Notes: generated by a model not told the origin, from the letters alone. Shown: positions 35,603 through 47,530, counted from the first letter of the stretch. The stretch: 64,000 nucleotides of DNA from a virus (IMGVR_UViG_3300001525_000208:15019-79018); one strand, 5' to 3'. Numbers and translations are program-made.

Positions 35603-36121
35603 CTAAATCATCTAAATCTAAATTATCAACAAACTCGTCAATTACCTCAGGTTTAGCAAGATTTTCATCTTCTATAATTTCGGGTTCTTTATCACCTTTA
35701 AGAATGAAAATACCCTTTCTATTATCGTGAGGAATTAAATCAAATGTTGTACCATATTCTACGAGTTGATCATGTGATTTACCTCTATAAGCAACGGTAT
35801 TAGATTTGCTTAAACGATTTCCTCCCTTAGTACCAAAACTTTCATCAGAACCAATAATAGGTATAAATTGATTACCTTGTTTATCATATTTAATATCTAT
35901 TCTATCATCAGGCTCTACGTTTAAAGCTTTAAGAGCAGCTGAATTAAGCTCATACTTAGTATCTAAAAGTATAAGTTTCGGATTTGGATCTGTATCCTCT
36001 ACTTTAGATGTTTTAGACTTAGAAGTCTTTTTGGTTTTAACAGACTTGACTTCTCCTGTTTCTGTATTTACTACATCAAATTCACCTGTTGTAGTATCTA
36101 CAATAAGATTAAATGTCAATT

Positions 36122-36820
36122 TCATTCGTCTTCGCCGTTTTCAAATTGATTAATTCTATCAAGAACCGATTTCATATTAGGTTCAATATACTTATCGGGG
36201 AAACAACCTTCAGTTGAACGACAAGTATCATAACCATCAGTACGAGTTTTAAATCGATACTTGATAGATTCATCATCATCAATATATCGTTCTGCATACA
36301 AAATATATGAGAACAAACCATCAATATTAACAGTACTGTTTAACAGTTTACCTGTGGTGTAAAGACGCCATTCAGGTTCCATATCAGTACCATTGTTTAT
36401 AATATGAGAAATGAGAACTACATTAAGATCATCTCTCAGATTTTGTGCAGATTGAATCAAATCATAGTAATTCTTTGCACTAACTGAAAACTTTTCATAG
36501 CCTTTAGTTAATGCATTAACCATAGCTTCATTACTCATAAGATAGTTACAATCATCCAAAATAATCGTTTTAATTTCTGGACGTGTATTTGAAATTATTT
36601 GCAACATCTGAGTAATTTGAGGATAACTATTACTAGTAAGCCAATTTCCAGTAAGTTTCTTATCTTTTACTGCAACTTTTTTGTATTTTTTTCTAAAACC
36701 AGGAATCTGCAATTGCTTATTAGTACAACTAATAATAAATGTAGATTCAGGTTCCAAATACTTCAAAGATGTTGATTTACCAGTATTAGAAAGTCCTCCA
36801 AGTGCAATAAGATTGCTCAT
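36122..36820 (-). CDS. P-loop NTPase (Walker A/B)
   Basis: GGLSNTGKSTS (Walker A) and IILDDCN (Walker B). Confidence 0.45.
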   Translation of the reverse strand: MSNLIALGGLSNTGKSTSLKYLEPESTFIISCTNKQLQIPGFRKKYKKVAVKDKKLTGNWLTSNSYPQITQMLQIISNTRPEIKTIILDDCNYLMSNEAMVNALTKGYEKFSVSAKNYYDLIQSAQNLRDDLNVVLISHIINNGTDMEPEWRLYTTGKLLNSTVNIDGLFSYILYAERYIDDDESIKYRFKTRTDGYDTCRSTEGCFPDKYIEPNMKSVLDRINQFENGEDE

Positions 36821-37164
36821 TATAAAATAAAATTTAATTGTTGTTTATTTATATCATCTTGTTTTTCATTTTCTTGTTTAATCTCAGAATTTACTTCATC
36901 TTTTTCAAGAATCCAATTAGGATTCTTGTATTTATCATAATCATAGATTTCATCAGGTAAAGGAAGTTCTTTAAAATAATTAATCCAACCGTAAAAACTA
37001 CATCCGATTTCAACATCACAGTCACCGAAACGATTCTTTAAAACCATAATGCTTCGGAATACACTTTCTAATTGTTCTATGTTATATTTGCGATAAGTTT
37101 TAAGCGCGTCGCGAAAAGGATTATATAAAGCAATCATAACATTACTGTCTTGTACGGTATTCCC
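36820..37164 (-). CDS. dnaB: DnaB-like replicative helicase, exon 2 (C-terminal region following motif H4). The 5' boundary is uncertain.
   Basis: QDSNVMIALYNPFRD...FRSIMVLKNRFGDCDVEIGCSFYGWINYF matches the DnaB C-terminal region (DADVVMFLYRDEYY ... IIAKQRNGPTG ... FTRFE). The frame is open from 37200. The track ORF starts at a TTG at 37179. Confidence 0.6.
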   Translation of the reverse strand, partial: GNTVQDSNVMIALYNPFRDALKTYRKYNIEQLESVFRSIMVLKNRFGDCDVEIGCSFYGWINYFKELPLPDEIYDYDKYKNPNWILEKDEVNSEIKQENEKQDDINKQQLNFIL

Positions 37165-37993
37165 TGTATCTTTAGCCAAATTTGTTATCTTAAAGGCTCT
37201 TTATCCTTTAATTCTATACTTTTATTTATATGTATAGTTCAGACTATATCTTTCATTCATTTTATATTCTCACGAATTTTACTCTGAACAGTGCCCCGCT
37301 TTCGTGGATGATTTTATAGCCTCGTCTTTCTCGTTAGGCATCACATCTAGTCGTTTAGCTTTTTCCTCAATTTCTTGAGGGTTTAGCACAAGATTGTCCT
37401 TTTCAGGAGTTTCCCTGTTTAACGGAGTTTTATAATGACACTTATAACTTATATTTCATGCAAGATACTATATAAGGCTCTATCAATCTTTTAAATTTAG
37501 GATATTCTTTACTTGGAATATATACAAGATTATCGGACTTATTATTTAAAGTTATAAAAATATTAAATTTAACTTTAAACATTTCTTTTATTAATTCTAA
37601 CTCTTGTTTAGAAAAATTATTAGTACATAACATACATCCTCCATAAGGATTACATTTATACCCATCATCCATATACCAGATAGCTAGTCCAAGAGGTTCT
37701 ATTTTAAATAAGTCATCCTTATATACTGTTTTCACTGGACGATACCAATTATAAAACATAGCATTTAATGATATAGAGGATTTAGTATAAAAAGAATAAT
37801 TATAATATTCAGGATTTTTTCTTCCGTTTGGTGGAAGTTTGTTATTTTTTCTAATTTTTGCAATAGTAGATTCAGAATCACCTGAAATTCTGGATATTTC
37901 AGAATCTTTTAATCCTTGTTCATAAAATTCTAAAAATTGATAGATTTCAAAATAGTTTTTCTTAAATTTCTATAAATTAATTATTTTATCATT
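37165..37993 (-). mobile_element. Group I intron in the dnaB-like helicase gene with a LAGLIDADG ORF in its 5' region. Boundaries are approximate.
   Basis: Minus-strand elements:
- S AAGATATAGTCTGAAC (37237-37252)
- R-like ACGACTAGA (37346-37354)
- GTTCAGAG (37283-37290)
- P-like AATTGAGGAAAAAG (37358-37371)
- P9-like hairpin CTATAC...GTATAG
The helicase is broken exactly in motif H4. Exons 1 and 2 are in different frames, which excludes an intein. Confidence 0.6.
37442..37759 (-). CDS. LAGLIDADG homing endonuclease (intron-encoded). Its frame is continuous upstream through an HTH-like segment to the TAG that ends helicase exon 1.
   Basis: LGLAIWYMDDGY is a LAGLIDADG motif. The upstream in-frame extension (37760-37969) encodes ...LKDSEISRISGDSESTIAKIRKNN (HTH-like). 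Confidence 0.6.
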   Translation of the reverse strand: MFYNWYRPVKTVYKDDLFKIEPLGLAIWYMDDGYKCNPYGGCMLCTNNFSKQELELIKEMFKVKFNIFITLNNKSDNLVYIPSKEYPKFKRLIEPYIVSCMKYKL

Positions 37994-38740
37994 AATACTA
38001 AAGGCCGATTTTCCCTGTTTGAATCTCTCGATATTACCTTGTTCGCGATTAGCTTGTTGGATTACGACAGGACTTATCTTACATTTCTCTCTTAGTACTA
38101 CTAAGTATGCAGATAAGTTATCGATTTCTTTCTTTAAAGTATTCCCTTGCTGAGGTCTTATTAATCCTATATGATCTATAATTACATTATATATCAAATT
38201 AGGATTATAAGGAGTATAAATGAGTCGGTTTTCACTTTCGGAAAAAGTTCCCATTTCCTCAAGTCGTTTCTTTAAAATTGAATAAACTGTATTAGCATTT
38301 ACTTGTTTATCGTAAATTTCCAGTTTACTTTCAATTTTATCTATCCAAGGTTTACACTTTTTGATTAATTCGTAATATTCCTCAGATAATACATAATCTC
38401 GTTCTCTAGATAGTATCTTTTTATAAGATAGTTCAATTCCATAGGTTTCAAATAAATACATAGACAATAACTTTATAAACAACGAAGTTGCATTCATTTC
38501 TAGAGAGAAATAAATAATTTTAAAGTCATCATCGTCAATATGAGCTTGTAAAGGTTTAAAAACATACGAGTAAAGTGCAAAACTCGTCTTACCTGCACCC
38601 GAATTACTCAGGATAAGTGTGTAAGTTTCACGAGTTACACCATCTATTATGCTTTCTAACTTAGGAAGACCCATAGGTATACCTTTATTTAAACCTAATC
38701 TACCTCTTTCAATTTCATTAAAGACACTGTCTGAAATCAA
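37994..38740 (-). CDS. dnaB: DnaB-like replicative helicase, exon 1 (RecA-like ATPase core)
   Basis: Walker A LSNSGAGKTSF, Walker B/H2 IIDHIGLI, and H3 VVIQQANREQGN. It stops within H4 (KSAFSIN...) at the intron boundary. Confidence 0.7.
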
Positions 38741-39354
38741 AGCATTTTAATTGTATTAAAGTTAATATTAGCTATTTCCCCGTTTTTAAGTGCTTCTAAT
38801 TCATTCCACCATTGATTTATTACAAATGAACTAATAGAGCAATTTAAAAATGTAGTATTATCTTTAGCCCATTGAACTAATTCTATAATTTTAGAATGAG
38901 TTTCAGGATTCCATTTAATACTTTTACCATAAAAACGAAAGAAATCTTCTAAAGAATTAAATTTCTTTGCTACTCCTCTTAATGCTACTAAAGATTCTCC
39001 AATATAACCAAATGCAGGATATATTTCAAAAAGTTCTTTTCCTAATTCAAAAGAAGCTTTATAGAATCGTTTTACAAAGGCTTTATTTAATTGAACTTCT
39101 TCCAAATCAAAAGCTGTGCCTGCTTCGGGAATTTTATAACTTTTTAGAATAACACCTTTAGATTGTAAAGATAAAAGAAGATCTCTAAATTTAATATTTA
39201 CTTTGGTGAGTATATTATTAAATTTAAATAAATATTCATCTTCATCTTCTTTAGCTAATAGAATAGTTCTAATAGCAGTCAATTCAGTAGGAGTAAGATT
39301 ATAAAAATCTAATAAATTTAATTCTTCGTCAAAATTTAAATTAAAAGTTTTCAA
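38737..39354 (-). CDS. Hypothetical protein
   Basis: 205-aa ORF, start-stop overlap with helicase exon 1. Confidence 0.4.
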   Translation of the reverse strand: MKTFNLNFDEELNLLDFYNLTPTELTAIRTILLAKEDEDEYLFKFNNILTKVNIKFRDLLLSLQSKGVILKSYKIPEAGTAFDLEEVQLNKAFVKRFYKASFELGKELFEIYPAFGYIGESLVALRGVAKKFNSLEDFFRFYGKSIKWNPETHSKIIELVQWAKDNTTFLNCSISSFVINQWWNELEALKNGEIANINFNTIKML

Positions 39355-39553
39355 GCAGTTAAAAGTTTATATTATTACTTCTAACTGTAATAGTTTAATC
39401 TCGTTTAAGAGTGTTTAATTACATATGGTTCAAAAAATTCACGTTCCAATTGTTTCAAATCGGATTCAATTTTATCTATATTATAATAAAAAGGTAAATC
39501 TTTAATATTAATATTAGATAAATAAATAAGTTTTAATAATCTTTCTTTAGTCA

Positions 39554-40807
39554 TCAGAATCTAAATACCATTTCTTTAAGTTTCTTACGATAAGGTTTAG
39601 GCTCATTTCCTAATAATACTTGTTCAAGTCCTTCTTCATCGATAGTTATATAATTTGCAGATTTATGACTATTTTTGAACCAAGTTACTTCTACTGTATC
39701 ATCAAGAATAAGATTAAATATAGATGCTATCTTTCCTTCTTCAAATCGAATTACACGACCTCTTCTTTGAGAAGATTTAATTTCAGATGAATCTAATCCT
39801 AATATAATTGCTACTGATAATCCTTTTACATCTAAACCTTCATTAGCTTTTTGAACTGTATTTAATACTCCTGTTTTAGAAGTATTAAATTCAGTAATCA
39901 TATTAGCTGCTACTTTTTTACTTAGACTTCCCTTATAAGTGTTACCTATTCCAATAGAATCTGCCATTTTAACACTATTAGAAAATGTAATTATTTTTCT
40001 ATCGTTATAATGTTGTATAATTTTTCTAGCAATTTCTATTTTCTTAGGATGCTTATTTATAAAAGATTTTCTATCTCGCATTGCTCTATTAAAATTAGCG
40101 GAATAATAATTAATAGATGCTAGTAGCTTAGTGCGTTCTTCAGGAGTTCCTTTAGGACAAAGCATATCACGATATGCATTTCTAAGTTTCCATCCATCAG
40201 AACCGAGTAGTTTCATACAAAAATTAAAATCATAATTAAAAAAAGCAAATGCTTCATTAAATAACCTATTAGAATTGTTGTATTCTTCAATGTTATCTGC
40301 TTTTAATAATACAAGATATTCTTTATAAGTAGAAATCCAATTATTAGAAGTAGCTTCCATTAAAGTGATTTCGTCAACAACAGGACAATAAGCTTTTATG
40401 ATTTTTTCTTTTCCATCAATTCGATTTAAAGTAGCAGTAAGACACAATATTAATCTATAGTGTATTTTTTGAAAAATTTGTTGAAATGTATCAGCGGCAG
40501 CACGATGTGCTTCATCAATCACTAATAAATCACAATAAGATTCTCTTTTAATAGCACTATTAATAACTAATATTTCTACATTTAAACTTAAACCCCATTC
40601 ATCTATTTGTGTTGTCCACTGTTCTTGTAATGTGGTTGTGGGAACAACTATAATTACTCTAAATGAAGGGTATTTTTTAAGAACTGAATTTATACAATTC
40701 AGTGCAATTCGGGTTTTGCCTACTCCCGTTGGAGCAATAACTGTTCCGCAACATTTATTTTTAATCCAAGATACTCTACATTGTTCTTGTCTTTCACTTC
40801 TCGTCAT
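39554..40807 (-). CDS. SF2 DEAH-box helicase
   Basis: Walker A VIAPTGVGKT, DEAH box LVIDEAHR, and a motif VI-like QRRGRVIR. Confidence 0.65.
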   Translation of the reverse strand: MTRSERQEQCRVSWIKNKCCGTVIAPTGVGKTRIALNCINSVLKKYPSFRVIIVVPTTTLQEQWTTQIDEWGLSLNVEILVINSAIKRESYCDLLVIDEAHRAAADTFQQIFQKIHYRLILCLTATLNRIDGKEKIIKAYCPVVDEITLMEATSNNWISTYKEYLVLLKADNIEEYNNSNRLFNEAFAFFNYDFNFCMKLLGSDGWKLRNAYRDMLCPKGTPEERTKLLASINYYSANFNRAMRDRKSFINKHPKKIEIARKIIQHYNDRKIITFSNSVKMADSIGIGNTYKGSLSKKVAANMITEFNTSKTGVLNTVQKANEGLDVKGLSVAIILGLDSSEIKSSQRRGRVIRFEEGKIASIFNLILDDTVEVTWFKNSHKSANYITIDEEGLEQVLLGNEPKPYRKKLKEMVFRF

Positions 40808-41681
40808 CTTTCAAGGTAATACCTTTAGATTCAGCAACCAACTTAAGTTGGCGCATTCGTTCAAGCCATTGATCAATATGATATTGAACTTCTTCTTCTA
40901 GTTTAAATAGAATTTTATCTCGAAGAATTGTAAGTTGATCCTTAGTGAGTTCTGAATATTTTTTACTTTGCAATTTATACATTGCTCTGAATTCTCTATA
41001 AGTAAGACCTCCTTTAGGATTAATATGTAAAGAAATATTATTTCTAAGTTGAAGTCTAGTTTCTACAACTTTTAAACGATCAATTACCTTACCATTTTCA
41101 TCTACTTCGTGAAGATCTTTCATTTCTTGTGGAGTAAACCAAAGACCCATATTACAAAGGAAGTTATTAGTAATATGTTTCTTATTAAATGCACCTAATG
41201 CATCCAAACAAGCTTTGTAAATCATATCAATAGTAATTTCAGAGAATTCAGGAGGGGTTGTAGAAATTACTGTAATAGGAGTAGTCGCCCAAACTTCTTT
41301 AGGCAATACTTCTTTATTTTGTTCCAAGAAAGTTTTTAACGCTTGAAAATAAGAGAAACGAGGATAAGGTTTAGCATTCGTTTCAGGATCTCCTTCCTCG
41401 AGATACTTCAAATACAATTCAGCATTACAACAAGCACGTTGTTGTTTAATAAGATCTAACAAAACATAACGTCCTGGATTCTTGTTATCCTTATTATAAA
41501 GCATTGTTCTACAATGATTATAAAAAGTTTGAAGTTGTTCAGGAGTAGCATCAACAAGTTTGATTTCTTCTTGTACTCTTTGTTTATTTACAAATCTTTT
41601 TGCACTTTTCCAAATAAATGAATTAATGTCATTACGTTTGGCTTCTAAAGCTTCTGTAAGCTTATCTGCGAGAATACTCAT
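40794..41681 (-). CDS. Hypothetical protein
   Basis: 295-aa ORF overlapping the helicase start. Confidence 0.4.
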   Translation of the reverse strand: MSILADKLTEALEAKRNDINSFIWKSAKRFVNKQRVQEEIKLVDATPEQLQTFYNHCRTMLYNKDNKNPGRYVLLDLIKQQRACCNAELYLKYLEEGDPETNAKPYPRFSYFQALKTFLEQNKEVLPKEVWATTPITVISTTPPEFSEITIDMIYKACLDALGAFNKKHITNNFLCNMGLWFTPQEMKDLHEVDENGKVIDRLKVVETRLQLRNNISLHINPKGGLTYREFRAMYKLQSKKYSELTKDQLTILRDKILFKLEEEVQYHIDQWLERMRQLKLVAESKGITLKDDEK

Positions 41682-43386
41682 AATTATAAAATAATATTTT
41701 TTGTTGTTTCATTTGGTTTATCTATAAATTTTATGAATTGTATGCCTGTGTATCTATAAGGTAAGAACTTTTCACCATCGAAATACTTATCAGCACCTGC
41801 AATATGTACTTCGTATGTGAGATACCCTATATCTTCTAAATTTAATATTTTATGTTCCCAATTAGGATACATAGTACATAAGACATACTTATCATAAACA
41901 TCTTCAGTTTCTAGATTCCTAAATACATAATTAATATATCCTCCTGTTTCTTCACATCGAGCCATTAACTTTGCTAGTATTGTTGTCATGAGCTAATTTA
42001 TAAGCAGTACATCCATATTTAGCCATGTCACTAACACAATTCTCTTGTCCTTGGAAACAGGGATATAAACCACAATCTTTACAAGATCTATCCTCAAATT
42101 TTAAAACAACACCATCCTTATCTCGGATTCTAGCCATAAAATATAATAAAATACAAATAGTTAATTCAATAAAAGAATAACAATCAGCACAGAACTTAAT
42201 CCAAATCCTCCTATAGTCCAATTTCTTAAATTACGAATTTTACGTTTATTCTTATTAATAGTATTATTTAAGTTATTAATGGTTGTGTTGTTATTATTAA
42301 TAACTTGCATACATGTATTAATCTTTTCTTTTTGTAAAGAATCAGATTGTTCCCAAATATTATTAATAGATTGCAAATTAATAATTTTAGACTGTAACTG
42401 AGGAACTAATTTAACATAATAAGAATGTTCTGAAAATATTAAATTAGTTTGTTTTAATTGTGTCGGAGTTATTACAATTAAAGAGTCGTTTAGAATTTTC
42501 GGATAAATAGTTTGAGAAAAACTTACAATCGGAATCAACAGGCTGAGTAAGAATAGTACTAATGTCTTTTTTGTGTTCATACTTAATTTTAAATATAGTA
42601 CTATCAATTATATTAATAGAATCTTTAAGTTGACATCTAACCGATTGCAATGAATCGTATTTTATAGATATTTTATTTAAAGAATCTATTAATATAGAAT
42701 TATCTTGATTTGAACTATTATGATTACAACTTTTAAAAATTAAAATAACTGTAACAATAATAGCCCAAATCCAAGAAATATATTTCATTACTTATTATTT
42801 TTATAATAAGTTACCATTTTCTTTAGAAAATCAAAATCCATATTAGCAATACGCTTAATAAGATTCTTTTCGTCAGTAGGAAGTTTATCCCAACTTGCCT
42901 TTTTATTTTCAGCATCAAGATATCGATTCATTTTATCTCGATAACCTTTAATTTGAGATCCTGGATTTTCTTTAAAATATTCAGATTCTTGAAGAAGAAG
43001 TGCAGTTACTACTTTAGTATTAATCATTCCTGATTTGGTAGCATAAAGTACTGAATCTGAATTCTTTGCTCTATTATAAGCTTTAAACTTACCTACATTT
43101 TCGTCAAATTTATCTTCAGGATTACAAATTGAAAATCCAACAGATACTTTTTTAACTACTTCATCTTCAGGATCATCTTCAAAACCTTGTCCTTCAACAT
43201 AACAATCTACTGTATGATAAAGAGTAGCAAATTCTTTTTCTCCTCCTTCATAATAGTCATCGGAATAATCCTTGAATCTTTTAGGAAGAATTGTACTTAC
43301 AGCGGCAATAACAAATTTATGTTCTTTACCTTCAAAATCAATAAATGAATCAATGTGGTACTGAACACGTTCTTTAATATTTTCCA

Positions 43387-43938
43387 TTATTTTCTAGAAT
43401 TAATATAAAAATTATAAATAGAATTTTCTTTAATTAACCAAGATGCAGAATCTTGAGACATCTCAGCTATAGTTCTTGAAATAGATTCTTCTTCGCATTG
43501 TTCTGAACAAAGATTACCTTCGATTGGACCATTACCCATAATCCAATTAAATGTCATATAATCTTTAAGTTCCAATGCTTTATTAATAATATTATAAATA
43601 CTATTAGTAGTTTCTACTTCAACATCTATTGTAATATTAAAAGGAATTTGCTTGTTCTCAATATTAACGTCAATTTCTTTTACGGCAGGAAATTGAAAAC
43701 AAATGTCATTATAATTAAGAAAATCTACTATCCATTTTTGATGATTCTCTTCTTCTTTTGCTCTAAGTTTATAATATTCTGCTAACTTAGGAAGACCTTC
43801 AGTATCATAAAAATTAGCAAATGTTAAATACAAATGTTTATTGTACAATTCATTACTAATTTGATTAATAAGAAGTTCTGCTAGAGAATCGTCCATAGAA
43901 CAATATTTACGATTTGTGTCGTTTTCTATTACGGACAT
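43387..43938 (-). CDS. Hypothetical protein, possibly ferritin-like
   Basis: Weak E..H motif EEENHQKW in a predicted helical protein. The assignment is speculative. Confidence 0.2.
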   Translation of the reverse strand: MSVIENDTNRKYCSMDDSLAELLINQISNELYNKHLYLTFANFYDTEGLPKLAEYYKLRAKEEENHQKWIVDFLNYNDICFQFPAVKEIDVNIENKQIPFNITIDVEVETTNSIYNIINKALELKDYMTFNWIMGNGPIEGNLCSEQCEEESISRTIAEMSQDSASWLIKENSIYNFYINSRK

Positions 43939-44464
43939 AAGGTTCTACTATTTTTAATTTATTTTTATCTATATAAGATTTAGGTGCTTGAACCCAATCT
44001 ATAAATTTACCAATGATATGATCTGATTCTTTAGTATATTTAGCATACTTCTTTATTTTTAAAGGAGTATTTGCTTTACAGTATTTAACTCCGTGTAATT
44101 CTGTCCTGTCTTTCCATATTTTGTATATACTAATCATATATACAAAACAAGGACCTTCTATTACAGAACTACCATCATTTGTTAGATAAAATGTCGCCAT
44201 TTAAATACTTAGTCAGATTCTGCAATTCTTGTCTGTATAACTTTAAATATTCATTCATATTTAAAGCATCATTCTTACGTTTATTAATACATCTATAATG
44301 TATAATTCGTTTAATTGCAGATTCTAAAGTAAGTCCGTAAGCAGCATTTTTAAACTCTTGGCGAATTTCTCCTGACCGTGAATTTACGGTATGGAGAAAT
44401 TCTAAATCCCAAAAATTACTATCATTTGATATAGGAGTAAGTCTAAAATCAGATTCTTCTATTA

Positions 44465-45250
44465 TCATCGATTAATTCCATACATAATATTTCCATTGCT
44501 AGTTACAGTAGGAACTTTACCATCCCACTTTTCAATCCACATTTGTTGAATCAAAAGAGGAGTAAGAGCTTGTTGCTTAAGTTCATTAGCTTCACGTTCT
44601 GCTTTAGCTGTTACTACAAGTTTTTGTGCTTGTGCTTCTGCAACTTTAACTTCATTAGCTGCGCGTTGTGCATCTTGAATTGCTTTATTCTTAGCATTAA
44701 CTGCATCTACAATAGTTTTAGGATAAGCAAGTCCTGATGTCATTTGTTCAAGATGAAAATTCTCTTTCTCAAGTGCTGAAGCAAGTTGCTTTTCTACAGC
44801 TGTTTCAATTGAATCTCGTTTACTTACAATTTCATCGGTAGTAAATTTATTCAATTGAATACGAAACGCATCTCTCACATAGTTGAATAGTGTAGTTTTA
44901 ATAATTTCATCTACATCTTTACGATATTTTTTAAAGATTGTAGGAGATTTACCATCAACTACTTTAAGTGAAATTGTAGGATCAACTGTAAATTCTGAAC
45001 CATCTTTAGCGTTAACAGTAAAAGGTTCATAATCTACAGTTTGTACATAAGTAGGATACTCATATACTTGTTGTGTAAAAGGATTATAAAATACAGTTCC
45101 CGATACCATTGATACTTGATCTACACCTCGATCATCTCCAAAAAGATTTACAAGAATACCTTCAGAACCAGCATCAATACGTTCACACGAAGTAAGAGAA
45201 GCTATAGTAATTGTACCTATAGCAAAGCATTTAATTAAATTTTTCACCAT
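44465..45250 (-). CDS. Predicted lipoprotein (lipobox LTSC), possibly with an SPFH/band-7-like domain
   Basis: N-terminus MVKNLIKCFAIGTITIASLTSC. A coiled-coil-rich C-terminus. Confidence 0.35.
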   Translation of the reverse strand: MVKNLIKCFAIGTITIASLTSCERIDAGSEGILVNLFGDDRGVDQVSMVSGTVFYNPFTQQVYEYPTYVQTVDYEPFTVNAKDGSEFTVDPTISLKVVDGKSPTIFKKYRKDVDEIIKTTLFNYVRDAFRIQLNKFTTDEIVSKRDSIETAVEKQLASALEKENFHLEQMTSGLAYPKTIVDAVNAKNKAIQDAQRAANEVKVAEAQAQKLVVTAKAEREANELKQQALTPLLIQQMWIEKWDGKVPTVTSNGNIMYGINR

Positions 45251-46442
45251 ACTTTTTAAAAATATAATAACTAGCGATGATATAACTTAGAAATAAAATA
45301 ATAGCAAGAGTAAGTGTTATACTACTTGCTACTTGTGTAAGAGAAGTTACAAATGTAAAGAAAACGCAAGATATAATAATGTATATAAAATAAAATATAA
45401 ATGTTTTCATATTAACAACATTTTACAGATCCTGGTTTTTTACGGCTTGCTTTCTCACGTTCAGGAAGATTATCCCACCACTTCATACAGTTTTGAAGCC
45501 ACTTGAGTTTATTCTTATACTTCATAATAAATTAATTTACCTTTTTTGTTTTGAATAGAATAAATTTCATACTTTCGTATCATATAAGGTACGATAGTTT
45601 CCATACATCTTGATATTAAAGGAGGAAAACTAGCTAACATTTGTATAAATGTTTCCGTGTTTTTAGAATCCTTTCCTTTATCTTTACAGTATTCTGATAT
45701 TAAATTTAATGAAAATTCAATATCAAAAGTACTATTTAATTGTTTAACTAATAATTTTTTATCCATTAGTCCCACCAATATCTCATTCTATATTCTCTAA
45801 TCAAATTATATAAATGCCAAATTTTTTGTTCTGCTAAAAATTCTCTTATTATTTTAGCAGAAGGAGAAAGTTCAACATTTAATTCTGAAAAATAATTTGG
45901 ATTCCAATCATTAAGTTTTCCTTCATATAAATCTTTTTCAAGAAATCTATTAATATTTTTAATATTAATAGTTTTATAATTAAAATCCATGTTCATTATC
46001 TTTTCTAATAATGAAATACATAATTTTAAATCTCTTACTATACTTTCTCTATCTGACGTAATATTAGAATTTTGAAAGTATTTTAGCATCCGCTTCATTT
46101 TATAATGTTCTATTCGTAATAGAAATCCATAATCCCAATCAAAATCTTTTCTTAGAAGTCGAGTCCACCCTCTCCGTCTTTTGTTTTTTCTCATAATAAA
46201 TTGTGTCTTTTGGAATTATTAATGTTAATGTATCGGAATCAATTATTGTTATAGTATCTTTATTTATTACAATTTTAGGATTTTGAACATTTATATAAAC
46301 TTTAAATAAATATATACTACATCCTAAACAAATAATTGCAAATAATCCAATTAATATTGAAAATATTCTTTTTTTATTATTATATAATAATGCAGCTATT
46401 ACAAACAAAAATACTCCGAATAATAAAAATAATACATTCATT

Positions 46443-46871
46443 TTAAATTTGTTGTGATGCTAAAACAGCTAATCTATCACATTGATTATTAAACTTGGTT
46501 TCTTCAGAAGAATCTTTTTGATGACCTTTGATGTGTTTAAATTCTATATTGGGACACAAATTGGAAATTCTCTGATATTCCTTATCAAAAAGTTTCCAAA
46601 GTTTAATATTCTTTTTTCGATTCCAATTTAATGATGCACAACCAATACAATACATACTATCTGATATAATAGTAAGTTTCTCAATAGGTTTAATAAAACA
46701 TTTTAATCCTAGAATAATAGCAAGAAGCTCCATTTGATTATTGGATGTATGTTTAAACATCTTAGAATATTCAAATATTTTTTTGTTATTATTAATGATT
46801 ATAAATGCTATTCCACCTTGATCTCGACTTGAACTATATGCTCCATCAGTCATTAAACGATAACCATTCAT
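46443..46871 (-). CDS. rnh: Ribonuclease H (type 1)
   Basis: TDGAYS near the N-terminus, MELLAIILGLK, and C-terminal HxxD-like residues. Confidence 0.65.
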   Translation of the reverse strand: MNGYRLMTDGAYSSSRDQGGIAFIIINNNKKIFEYSKMFKHTSNNQMELLAIILGLKCFIKPIEKLTIISDSMYCIGCASLNWNRKKNIKLWKLFDKEYQRISNLCPNIEFKHIKGHQKDSSEETKFNNQCDRLAVLASQQI

Positions 46872-47530
46872 AATTACATTGTTGTCCTAATTGTATATCT
46901 GTAATTAATTTATAAAAATATTTAGCGACGTGTCTTGCTTTTTCTTTTGAATTATATGATAGAAATCCATAAGCTGAAAAAGAATCACCAACACTATAAT
47001 ATGAATTAAAAGCAAGAAGTCCATGATAAGTTCCACAACAAGCGTATGAATCAAATAAATATAATTTTTTACCATCAACAGCAATTGTCGCTATATAATG
47101 TGAACGTTTATCTCCACAATATCTTATTATAGGCTCATATCTAACTCCTGAAGTTGCAAACTCTTTTTCATTATTTGTAATAGCTATTTTTATTAATTGT
47201 AAACAAGCTATTTTATATTCAAATGAAGTTGGAGAAAGATGAATTAAACTATTCAAAGAAAAATTACCAATATTATTTTCTTTACAATAATCTATAGCAT
47301 CTTCGATTGTTTTAATATTTTTCCAATATTCAATATCTTCAAAAATAATTTTTCCATTTGAATATTTAGCAATTTTGTCATCAGGAACTTCAATTGTAAT
47401 TGTTTGTATTGACATGGTATACAAAATAAAAAGACTCCAAACAATTAATCTTGTTCAGAGTCTTCAGTTAATATTGTTTTAATTATTTGAATTGAATTTA
47501 ATTCTTTATCTACCCATTCGTCAAAATCAT

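Noticed and set aside
37970-37972. TAG at the end of helicase exon 1 as a recoded sense codon within the early block
   Set aside because: The stop lies in the intron 5' region immediately after the predicted splice site. Readthrough is possible given the suppressor tRNA, but it is unproven and is reported only as speculation.
37442-38740. Intein in DnaB (classic DnaB intein with a LAGLIDADG domain)
   Set aside because: The downstream helicase segment (36820..37179) is in a different reading frame and separated by stop codons. Group I core elements (R, S, P9) are present, so an intron is the better explanation.
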